From Candidatus Palauibacter sp. (GTDB lineage: Bacteria > Gemmatimonadota > Gemmatimonadetes > Palauibacterales > Palauibacteraceae): a DNA stretch of 64,000 nucleotides. Shown here in pieces: positions 56,480 to 64,000 of this stretch; within the stretch, counting starts at the first letter, position 1; each line of letters begins with the position of its first letter. Both the position numbers and the translations under genes were made by a program. The notes beneath the pieces are model-generated. The model was not told where the DNA came from. It ran no database searches and saw nothing but the letters and a program-made list of their open reading frames with translations. The stretch lies in NCBI RefSeq assembly GCF_965208055.1, contig NZ_CBDBNY010000004.1, positions 640,155 to 704,154 of the forward strand, read 5' to 3'.

Positions 56480-58026
56480 TGGCCTTCTACGACGGGCACT
56501 GGATCCTGACCGCGCTCGTGGTCCTTCCCCTCATCGGCGGAGCCGCCTGTCTCGCCGTGCCCGAGGCGCGCGCGAAGACGGTCGCCCTGGCGACGACGCT
56601 GGTCCTGTTCGCACTCTCGCTGCCGCTCTTCTGGACCTTCGACACGGCGGAGCCGGGATTCCAGAACCTCGTCTCCGTCGCGTGGGTCGAGGCGTGGGGA
56701 ATCTCCTATGCGGTGGGCGTGGATGGGATCTCGATCCTCATGATCCTGCTCACGACCTTCACGATGCCGTTGGCGGTGGCGGGTTCGTTCTCCTACATCC
56801 GGCAGCGGCAGCGAGCCTTCTACGCAATGCTCCTCTTCCTCACGACGGGGATGATCGGCGTCTTCGTCGCCCTCGATCTCTTCCTGTTCTACGTGTTCTG
56901 GGAGATCATGCTGATTCCGATGTACTTCCTCATCGGTGTCTGGGGCGGGGAGCGCCGGATCTATTCCGCCGTGAAGTTCTTCCTCTACACGGCGGTGGGC
57001 TCGCTCCTGATGCTGGTCGCGATCGTGACCCTCGCCTGGATCTTCCAGGACGGCTCGGGGGCGTGGAGCTTCGCCTACGAGGATCTCGTGTCGCTCGAAC
57101 TCGCCCGGCGCGCGCAGCTCTGGCTCTTCGCGGGGTTCGCGCTCGCGTTCGCGATCAAGGTGCCGCTTTTCCCGTTCCACACCTGGCTGCCCGACGCGCA
57201 CGTGGAGGCCCCGACGGCGGGCTCCGTGATCCTGGCGGGGGTGCTGCTCAAGATGGGCGTGTACGGGTTTCTGCGTTTCGGGCTCCCCTTCTTCCCGGCC
57301 GCGGCCACGGATCCCTTCGTCGTGAACACGATGCTCGTGCTGGGACTGATCGGGATCCTCTATGCGGCCTGGGTGGCGGCCGTCCAGCCGGACGCGAAGA
57401 AGCTCATCGCCTACACCTCTGTCGCCCACCTCGGCTTCGTCGTGCTCGGCGTGTTCGGGCTCACGACGCAGGGCATCGAGGGCGGCATCCTCCAGATGGT
57501 GAACCACGGGATTTCGACCGGGGCGCTCTTCCTCCTCATCGGGATGCTGTACGAGCGGCGCCACTCGCGGCAGATCGCGGACTTCGGCGGCATCGCGAAA
57601 GTGATGCCGGTGTTCGCCTTCGCGCTCGTCGTCGTCGCGCTGTCTTCCGTCGGCCTTCCGGGGACGAACGGCTTCATCGGCGAGTTTCTCATCCTCGTGG
57701 GGACGTTCAGGACGCACCCGTGGGTCGCGGCGATCGCGACGACCGGCGTGATCTTCGCGGCCTGCTACATGCTGCCCATGGTGCAGCGGATTCTCTTCAA
57801 CCGCCTCGATCGCGAAGAAAACCGCACGCTCACCGACGTGAACCGCCGGGAACGCCTGATTCTCGCGCCGCTTCTCGCGCTGATCCTGCTCATCGGCGTG
57901 TGGCCGGGCCCCTTCTTGAACCGGACGCGCGCGTCCGTGGAAGCGCTCATCGAGCACGTGGAGGTGCGGTCGGCCAGCGTGCCTCCGGCGGACGCCGCGT
58001 CCGCCGAAGCCGGGGGAGGGGAGTGA
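56476..58026 (+). CDS. nuoM: NADH-quinone oxidoreductase subunit M
   Basis: NuoM/ND4 motifs (…FPFHTWLPDAHVEAPT…). ATGA overlap with nuoL. Confidence 0.9.
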   Translation: MMAFYDGHWILTALVVLPLIGGAACLAVPEARAKTVALATTLVLFALSLPLFWTFDTAEPGFQNLVSVAWVEAWGISYAVGVDGISILMILLTTFTMPLAVAGSFSYIRQRQRAFYAMLLFLTTGMIGVFVALDLFLFYVFWEIMLIPMYFLIGVWGGERRIYSAVKFFLYTAVGSLLMLVAIVTLAWIFQDGSGAWSFAYEDLVSLELARRAQLWLFAGFALAFAIKVPLFPFHTWLPDAHVEAPTAGSVILAGVLLKMGVYGFLRFGLPFFPAAATDPFVVNTMLVLGLIGILYAAWVAAVQPDAKKLIAYTSVAHLGFVVLGVFGLTTQGIEGGILQMVNHGISTGALFLLIGMLYERRHSRQIADFGGIAKVMPVFAFALVVVALSSVGLPGTNGFIGEFLILVGTFRTHPWVAAIATTGVIFAACYMLPMVQRILFNRLDREENRTLTDVNRRERLILAPLLALILLIGVWPGPFLNRTRASVEALIEHVEVRSASVPPADAASAEAGGGE

Positions 58027-58027
58027 C

Positions 58028-59554
58028 GTGAGTTACTGGGTCGCGCTCCTGCCGGAAGTCATCCTGTCCCTGGCGGCCATGTTCATCCTCATGCGCGACG
58101 CCTTCGTGCACCCGGGCGAGGGCGGCGGCGACGCGGCGGCGGGAGGCGGCGCCGGCGAGCAGGGACGGATGTCCGTCGACTGCCTCGTCACGCTGTACTC
58201 GATCGCGGGCGCCCTCATCGCGAGTCTCTGGCTCATGGACGCCTCCGGTCTGCCGGACGCGATGATCGCGCTCGACGGCTTCCGCGTGGCGGCGGACGTG
58301 ATCCTGCTCGGCGGGGCCCTGCTCGTGGTGTCGCTCTCGCGCGACTACCTGAGCCGGGAGGGGATGCGTTCCCCCGAGTTCCATGCGCTGATTCTCCTCG
58401 CCCTCGTCGGGATGATGGTGCTCGTCGCGGCGCGCGACCTCATCCTGCTCTTCGTCGGCCTCGAGCTGATGTCGATCTCCGTCTACGTCCTCACCGGATA
58501 CGTGCGGAAGAACCCGCGCTCCTCCGAGGCGAGCCTCAAGTATTTCATCGTCGGCGCCTTCGCGAGCGCCTTCGTCGTGTACGGGATCGCGCTCCTCTAC
58601 GGCGCCACCGGGACGACGCGCCTGGCCACCGCCGCCGAGCGAATCGCGGCCGCGCCAGCCGGAGGGGATCTCCTCCTCGTCGCCGGCATCGGCCTCCTGC
58701 TCATCGGTTTCGCGTTCAAGATCGCCGCCGTGCCCTTCCATATGTGGGCACCGGACGCCTACGACGGCGCCCCGACGCCGGTGACCTCGTTCATGGCGAC
58801 GGGAGTCAAGGCGGCTGCCTTCATTGCCCTCCTGCGCGTGTTGACCGTGGATCTTGGGGGCGCGGCCGAAGTGTGGAGGGGCGCCGTGTGGTGGCTGGCG
58901 ATCCTGACCATGATCGTGCCCAACCTGGTTGCGCTGTCGCAGCAGGATGTGAAGCGGATGCTCGCCTACTCCTCGGTGGCCCACGCCGGATACCTCCTCG
59001 TCGGCGTCGTCGCGGCCTCCGAACTGGGGCGATCCGCCTCGCTCTTCTACCTCGCGGCGTACACCGTGGTGACCGCGGGGAGCTTCGCCATCGTCTTCCA
59101 CGTGGCGGGGCGCGGCGACCGGAACCAGCGCGTGCGTGACTACCGGGGACTGGGTTGGCGGCGTCCGATGCTCGGGGCCGCGCTCCTCGTTTTCCTGCTC
59201 TCGCTGGCCGGCTTCCCGCCCACGGCGGGCTTCGTCGGCAAGCTGTACCTGCTTCGGGCCGCGGTGGATGCGGGGGAGATTTCGCTGGCGGTCACGCTCG
59301 TTCTGACCAGCCTCGTCGCCTACTACTACTACCTCCGCGTGGTGTGGAAGATGTATTTCGAGGCGGCCCCGGAGGATGTCCACGCGCCGCCGTCTCCCAA
59401 ACCGGGGTTCAACCTCGTGGTCGGGATCTGCGTGGCGCTGATCCTTCTCGGCGGCCTCTTCCCGGGACGCCTCATCGACCGGGCCCGCGATGCCCTCGCG
59501 GAAACGCCCGCGCCGGGCATGGTCGTCCAGGCCGAGGACCCGCCAGCCCCGTAA
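58028..59554 (+). CDS. nuoN: NADH-quinone oxidoreductase subunit N
   Basis: NuoN/ND2 motifs (…PFHMWAPDAYDGAPTP…). GTG start 1 nt after the nuoM stop. Confidence 0.9.
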   Translation: MSYWVALLPEVILSLAAMFILMRDAFVHPGEGGGDAAAGGGAGEQGRMSVDCLVTLYSIAGALIASLWLMDASGLPDAMIALDGFRVAADVILLGGALLVVSLSRDYLSREGMRSPEFHALILLALVGMMVLVAARDLILLFVGLELMSISVYVLTGYVRKNPRSSEASLKYFIVGAFASAFVVYGIALLYGATGTTRLATAAERIAAAPAGGDLLLVAGIGLLLIGFAFKIAAVPFHMWAPDAYDGAPTPVTSFMATGVKAAAFIALLRVLTVDLGGAAEVWRGAVWWLAILTMIVPNLVALSQQDVKRMLAYSSVAHAGYLLVGVVAASELGRSASLFYLAAYTVVTAGSFAIVFHVAGRGDRNQRVRDYRGLGWRRPMLGAALLVFLLSLAGFPPTAGFVGKLYLLRAAVDAGEISLAVTLVLTSLVAYYYYLRVVWKMYFEAAPEDVHAPPSPKPGFNLVVGICVALILLGGLFPGRLIDRARDALAETPAPGMVVQAEDPPAP

Positions 59555-60921
59555 TGCCGATACCCTCCGGAATCTTCCGCGAATACGACATTCGCGGGAT
59601 CGTCGGGGACGACCTGACGGAGACGGCGGCCGAACTCGTGGGGCGCGCCTTCGGGACCGAGCTTGCCGAACGTCCGGCGCCGCGCGTCGTCGTCGGACAC
59701 GACAACCGACCTTCGTCTCCGGCGCTCTCGGCGGCGTTGTGCCGCGGTCTGTGCGCGGCCGGCGTCGACGTGACGACGATCGGAACCGTCCCCACGCCGA
59801 CCCTGTACTTTGCGGCCATCGAGTTCGGGACGGACGCGGCGATTCAGATCACGGGGTCCCACAATCCGCCCGAATACAACGGCATCAAGATGGTGCGGGA
59901 CGGCGGGGCGCTCTACGGCTCGGCGATCCGGGCCCTCCGAGTCCGGATCGAGGCGGAGGCCTTCGCGTCGGGCCGGGGAGCGATCCGGGAAGCGGAGATC
60001 CTCGACCGCTACGTCGAGGAGATCGCCGCGCGCGGACGGGTCGAGGGCGACGTGCGCATGGTGCTCGATTGCGGGAACGGGGTGGGGAGCGTCGTCGCCG
60101 TGCGCGCCCTGACCGCCGCCGGGATCGACGTGGACGGCCTCTACTGCGAGTCGGACGGGACCTTCCCGAACCACCATCCGGACCCGACGGTGGACGAGAA
60201 CATACAGGACCTCATCGCGCGCGTCCGCGGGACCCGAGCGGATCTCGGCGTCGGACTCGACGGGGACGCGGACCGGATCGGCGCGGTGACGGAGGAGGGG
60301 AAGATCATCCGCGGCGACCACCTGCTTCTCCTGTTCGCGCGAGAGGTGCTGGCGGAGCGGCCGGGGGCCGAGGTCGTGTTCGATGTGAAGTGTTCGCAGG
60401 CGCTGCCACGCGTCATTCGCGCCCACGGAGGCGTTCCCGTCATGTGGAAGACGGGCCACTCCCTCATCAAGGAGCGCATGCGGGCCGGGCGATCTCCCAT
60501 AGCAGGTGAGATGAGCGGCCATATCTGCTTTGCGGACAGGTTCTTCGGGACGGATGATGCGATCTATGCGGCCGCTCGTCTCGCGGGTCTCGTGTCCCGC
60601 TCCGGGCGCCCTCTCTCCGAGTTGGCGGCGGAGATACCAGGCTACCCCTCCACGCCCGAACTGCGCCTCGACTGTCCGGAGGAGCGGAAGTTCGGCCTTG
60701 TGGCGGAGGCCGTGCGCTTCTTCCGGGAGCGTTACGAGGTCATCGACATCGACGGCGCGCGCGTCCTGTTCGACGGCGGGTGGTTGCTGATCCGGGCGAG
60801 CAACACGCAGCCGGTCGTCGTGGCGCGCGTCGAGGCGGACACGGAAGCGCGCATGCGGGAAATCGCGGACGTCGCTCGGACGTTCCTGTCCGGTCAAGGG
60901 GTCGACCTGCCGGCGGTTTGA
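59554..60921 (+). CDS. phosphomannomutase/phosphoglucomutase
   Basis: PGM/PMM motifs (active Ser loop TGSHNPPEYNGIK; Mg site GLDGDADR; sugar site GEMSGH). TAATG overlap with nuoN. Confidence 0.85.
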   Translation: MPIPSGIFREYDIRGIVGDDLTETAAELVGRAFGTELAERPAPRVVVGHDNRPSSPALSAALCRGLCAAGVDVTTIGTVPTPTLYFAAIEFGTDAAIQITGSHNPPEYNGIKMVRDGGALYGSAIRALRVRIEAEAFASGRGAIREAEILDRYVEEIAARGRVEGDVRMVLDCGNGVGSVVAVRALTAAGIDVDGLYCESDGTFPNHHPDPTVDENIQDLIARVRGTRADLGVGLDGDADRIGAVTEEGKIIRGDHLLLLFAREVLAERPGAEVVFDVKCSQALPRVIRAHGGVPVMWKTGHSLIKERMRAGRSPIAGEMSGHICFADRFFGTDDAIYAAARLAGLVSRSGRPLSELAAEIPGYPSTPELRLDCPEERKFGLVAEAVRFFRERYEVIDIDGARVLFDGGWLLIRASNTQPVVVARVEADTEARMREIADVARTFLSGQGVDLPAV

Positions 60922-60986
60922 CGCGAGATTCCAAGCTCTCCGCCACACCCATGCGGGACCCGAACCGGGGGCATGACGAAGATCCG

Positions 60987-62147
60987 ATGAACATTCACGA
61001 ATACCAGGCGCGGCGGATTCTCGCCCGGCACGGCATCCCCGTGCCGGAGGCCGAGGTCGCCGCGACGGCGGAGGAAGCCGCGGGGGCGGCCGAACGCTTC
61101 GGCGGACCGGTGGTCGTCAAGGCCCAGGTCCACGCCGGAGGGCGCGGCAAGGCGGGAGGCGTGAAGCTCGCCGCGACGTCGGCCGAGGCGCGCGGCAGCG
61201 CCGAGGCCATCCTCGGGATGGAGATCAAGGGGATCGAGGTGCGGCGGGTCCTCGTCGCGCCGGCCGAGGACATCGCATCCGAGGCCTACGTCGGGATTGT
61301 GCTCGACCGCGCGCGCCAGGCGGACACGATCATGGTCTCGTCCGAGGGCGGCGTCGACATCGAGGAGGTGGCCGCGACGATGCCCGAGGCGATCCGAAAG
61401 GTCGCCGTGGACCCGCGCTACGGACTTCTCGCCCACCAGGCCGCCCTCCTCGGCCACCACCTCTACGACGACCCGCGTGCGGCGCGGCAGGCCTCGTCCA
61501 TCATCGCGAAGCTGTACGAGGCGTACCGGGCGAGCGGCGCCACGCTGGCGGAAATCAACCCGATGATCGTGAACCCCGCCGGAGAGGTGAAGGCGATCGA
61601 TGCGAAGATGAACATCGACGACAACGCTCTCTTCCGGCTGCCCGAAATCGCGGCGCTTCGCGACACGGGGGCGGAGAATCCGGCCGAGGTCCGGGCACGC
61701 GAGGCCGAACTCTCCTACATCCAGCTCGATGGCAACGTCGGGTGCTGCGTGAACGGGGCCGGCCTCGCGATGGCCACCATGGACCTGGTCAAGTACTACG
61801 GCGGCGAGCCCGCGAACTTCCTCGACATCGGGGGGTCCTCGAATCCCGACAAGGTCGTGGCGGCGCTCGCACTCATCACGGAGGATCCGAACGTGAACTC
61901 GATTCTGTTCAACATCTTCGGCGGGATCACGCGCTGCGACGATGTCGCGAACGGGATCGTCGAGGCGACGAGCCGCATGGAACTCGGGGTTCCGATCACG
62001 ATCCGCCTCACGGGAACGAACGAGGAGGAGGGGGTCGCGATCCTCGCTTCGCAGGGCTTCGAGGCCATGGTGGACATGGACCGGGCGGTCGAGACCGCCG
62101 TCCGCCAGGGCGCGACGCGGGGGTTCGCCACGGACGGCGGCCGCTGA
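60987..62147 (+). CDS. sucC: succinyl-CoA synthetase beta subunit
   Basis: SucC sequence ([20 protein letters not shown]…) with an ATP-grasp N-domain. Confidence 0.9.
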   Translation: MNIHEYQARRILARHGIPVPEAEVAATAEEAAGAAERFGGPVVVKAQVHAGGRGKAGGVKLAATSAEARGSAEAILGMEIKGIEVRRVLVAPAEDIASEAYVGIVLDRARQADTIMVSSEGGVDIEEVAATMPEAIRKVAVDPRYGLLAHQAALLGHHLYDDPRAARQASSIIAKLYEAYRASGATLAEINPMIVNPAGEVKAIDAKMNIDDNALFRLPEIAALRDTGAENPAEVRAREAELSYIQLDGNVGCCVNGAGLAMATMDLVKYYGGEPANFLDIGGSSNPDKVVAALALITEDPNVNSILFNIFGGITRCDDVANGIVEATSRMELGVPITIRLTGTNEEEGVAILASQGFEAMVDMDRAVETAVRQGATRGFATDGGR

Positions 62148-63013
62148 TGGGGATCTTCATCGGCGACGATACGAGGCTCGTGGTCCAGGGGATCACGGGG
62201 CGCGACGGCTCGTTCCACACTCGGCAAATGATGGAGTACGGCACACAGGTCGTGGCCGGCGTGACCCCGGGGAAGGGCGGCCGGACGTTCGACGACACCG
62301 TGCCGGTGTTCGACACCGTGGAGGAGGCGGTGGCCGAGGCGAATGCGAACGCGAGCGTCATCTACGTGCCCGCTCGCTTCGCGGCGGATGCGGTATTCGA
62401 GGCGGCGGACGCGGGGATCGCTCTCATCGTCTGCATCACGGAGGGCGTGCCCGTGGGGGACATGCTGCGCGTGCTGCCGTACGTGCGGGAAAAGGGTGCG
62501 CGTCTCATCGGCCCGAACTGCCCGGGCCTCATCGTACCCGGCCGCTGCAAGGTCGGGATTCTCCCCGGCCAGATCGTGCGCGAGGGGCCGGTCGGGATCG
62601 TGAGCCGTTCCGGCACCCTTACCTACGAGGTCATCTTCCAGCTCACGCGGGCCGGGATCGGACAATCCGCCTGCGTCGGGATCGGGGGGGATCCGCTCAT
62701 CGGCACGGACTTCGTCGATTGTCTGGCGGCGTTCGAGGCGGACTCGGAGACCGAGGCGGTCGCGGTGATCGGGGAAATCGGCGGCACGGACGAGCAGGTG
62801 GCGGCAGAATACGTGTCGCGAGAGATGAGCAAGCCCGTCGTGGGGTTTATCGCGGGCCAGACCGCGCCTCCCGGCCGGCGCATGGGGCACGCCGGCGCGA
62901 TCATCTCGGGCTCCGAAGGGACGGCGGACGAGAAGATCCGCGCCTTCGAGAGCCACGGGATCCGGGTCGCCCGGAGGCCCGCCGACCTGGTCGGGCTCAT
63001 AGGCGACCGCTAG
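62147..63013 (+). CDS. sucD: succinyl-CoA synthetase alpha subunit
   Basis: CoA-binding N-terminus and phospho-His loop (…GHAGAII…). TGATG overlap with sucC. Confidence 0.9.
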   Translation: MGIFIGDDTRLVVQGITGRDGSFHTRQMMEYGTQVVAGVTPGKGGRTFDDTVPVFDTVEEAVAEANANASVIYVPARFAADAVFEAADAGIALIVCITEGVPVGDMLRVLPYVREKGARLIGPNCPGLIVPGRCKVGILPGQIVREGPVGIVSRSGTLTYEVIFQLTRAGIGQSACVGIGGDPLIGTDFVDCLAAFEADSETEAVAVIGEIGGTDEQVAAEYVSREMSKPVVGFIAGQTAPPGRRMGHAGAIISGSEGTADEKIRAFESHGIRVARRPADLVGLIGDR

Positions 63014-63060
63014 CGGGCCGTGACGGAAACGCTGCGATGCAGAACCGGCAGGAGGCGGCG

Positions 63061-63504
63061 ATGAAAGTACGTGAGATCATGACCCGCGACGTGACCACGG
63101 CCGCTCCCGGGATGGCGCTGGAGGAGGCGGCGGAGATACTCGCGCGGAGGCGGCTGCGCGCCATGCCGGTCATCGATGACGAGGGCCATGTCCTGGGGAT
63201 GCTCACGGACCGCCTGCTGATCAGCCGTCTTCTGCCGGAGCTCGAGCGGGCGGATGCTGGCCGGCCGGCGGCGCGAGGCGCTCACGTCGGCGAGGTGCGC
63301 GACATCATGGAACGAGCCGTGATGTGCGTGAAGGAGGACGAACCGCTGGCCAACGTGGTTCGTCTGATGCTGGACAGGGAAATCGAACGTTTGCCGGTCG
63401 TCCGGGAGGGCCAGCTCGTCGGGTTTCTGACGCGCGGCGACATCATCCGAAGGCTCCTTCTTCGGGACGCGGCGGGCGAAGCGGAAGAAATGAAAGGGGA
63501 GTGA
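63061..63504 (+). CDS. CBS-domain pair protein
   Basis: Two CBS repeats (IMTRDVTTAAPGMALEEAAEILARRRLRAMPVID…; IMERAVMCVKEDEPLANVVRLMLDREIERLPVV). A GGAGG SD sequence lies upstream of ATG 63061. Confidence 0.75.
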   Translation: MKVREIMTRDVTTAAPGMALEEAAEILARRRLRAMPVIDDEGHVLGMLTDRLLISRLLPELERADAGRPAARGAHVGEVRDIMERAVMCVKEDEPLANVVRLMLDREIERLPVVREGQLVGFLTRGDIIRRLLLRDAAGEAEEMKGE

Positions 63505-63508
63505 AGCC

Positions 63509-63934
63509 GTGCAGAGGATGACGCTCGCGATCATCAAGCCCGATGCGTTCGGGTCCGGGAAGGCCGGCAGGGTACTCGCCGCGCTCGAGGACGCGGGCTT
63601 TCGCATACGGGGGACACGCGTCCTGCGCCTCGGGCGCGCCGGAGCCGAGGAGTTCTACGCGGTGCACCGGGAACGACCCTTCTTCGGGGCGCTGGTGGAG
63701 TTCATGACTTCGGGACCCTGCATGGCGCTCGCGCTCGAACACGACCGGGCGGTGCCCTATCTGCGCGAGGTCATCGGCGCCACGGACCCGGCGGAAGCGG
63801 CGCCGGGCACCGTGCGCGCGCTGTACGCGGAGAGCAAGGAGCGTAACGCGATCCACGGTTCCGATTCCGACGAGAACGCGAGGGTGGAACTCGGCTTTTT
63901 CTTCGGACGGATCGACCTTATCGGCAGCGCGTGA
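63509..63934 (+). CDS. ndk: nucleoside-diphosphate kinase
   Basis: NDK motifs (TLAIIKPDA…; NAIHGSDS active-site His). The start is GTG 63509 or ATG 63518. Confidence 0.85.
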   Translation: MQRMTLAIIKPDAFGSGKAGRVLAALEDAGFRIRGTRVLRLGRAGAEEFYAVHRERPFFGALVEFMTSGPCMALALEHDRAVPYLREVIGATDPAEAAPGTVRALYAESKERNAIHGSDSDENARVELGFFFGRIDLIGSA

Positions 63935-64000
63935 GTCCGCGTCGCGCGTCGCGATCTCCGGCCTCGGCGGAACCCGCCCGCATCGGACTCGCGGGCCTCG

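Noticed and set aside
1-64000. CRISPR arrays, rRNA, tRNA, RNase P, SRP or tmRNA genes
   Set aside because: I found no regularly spaced repeats and no conserved core motifs of these RNAs (e.g. GGTTCGAATCC, GAGGAAAGTCCGGGC) on either strand.

Overview
This 64-kb window comes from a very GC-rich (about 70% by eye), gene-dense bacterial chromosome. The gene content is Gram-negative in character: a TolC-like outer-membrane factor, an outer-membrane protein with a TonB-type plug domain, and an RND pump. It may be Gemmatimonadota-like, with low confidence. The first ~2.1 kb carries two degenerate IS1380-family transposase genes in opposite orientation. A probably accessory stretch follows: a crotonase gene, a four-gene MFP-OMF-RND-RND efflux operon, a cyclophilin lipoprotein, a DmpA/S58 peptidase, ETF-QO, an FMO-like flavin monooxygenase and PlsC. 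The remainder is core metabolism. It contains citrate synthase, then pepA coupled to a TonB-receptor-like OMP. Next comes a 12.4-kb co-directional supercluster, yicC-gmk-rpoZ-coaBC-udg-dnaB-ispD-tsaC-ptp-aroE-comF-gap-pgk-tpiA-secG, with many 4-nt start/stop overlaps. After it lie rnhA, carA, sppA, an HU/IHF gene and an aminotransferase. A Moco locus (moaD-moaE-moaA) is interleaved with three unassigned small ORFs. Then follow dcd, an alpha/beta hydrolase and a complete nuoA-N operon (fused nuoCD) that is followed by pmm, sucCD, a CBS protein and ndk. I saw no rRNA, tRNA or CRISPR. I do not see a convincing novel multi-gene system. The least-explained items are the small unassigned ORFs around the moa genes and downstream of plsC, a direct-repeat array on the pepA leader, a 12-bp tandem repeat in the DmpA signal peptide, and the IS-flanked paired-RND pump.
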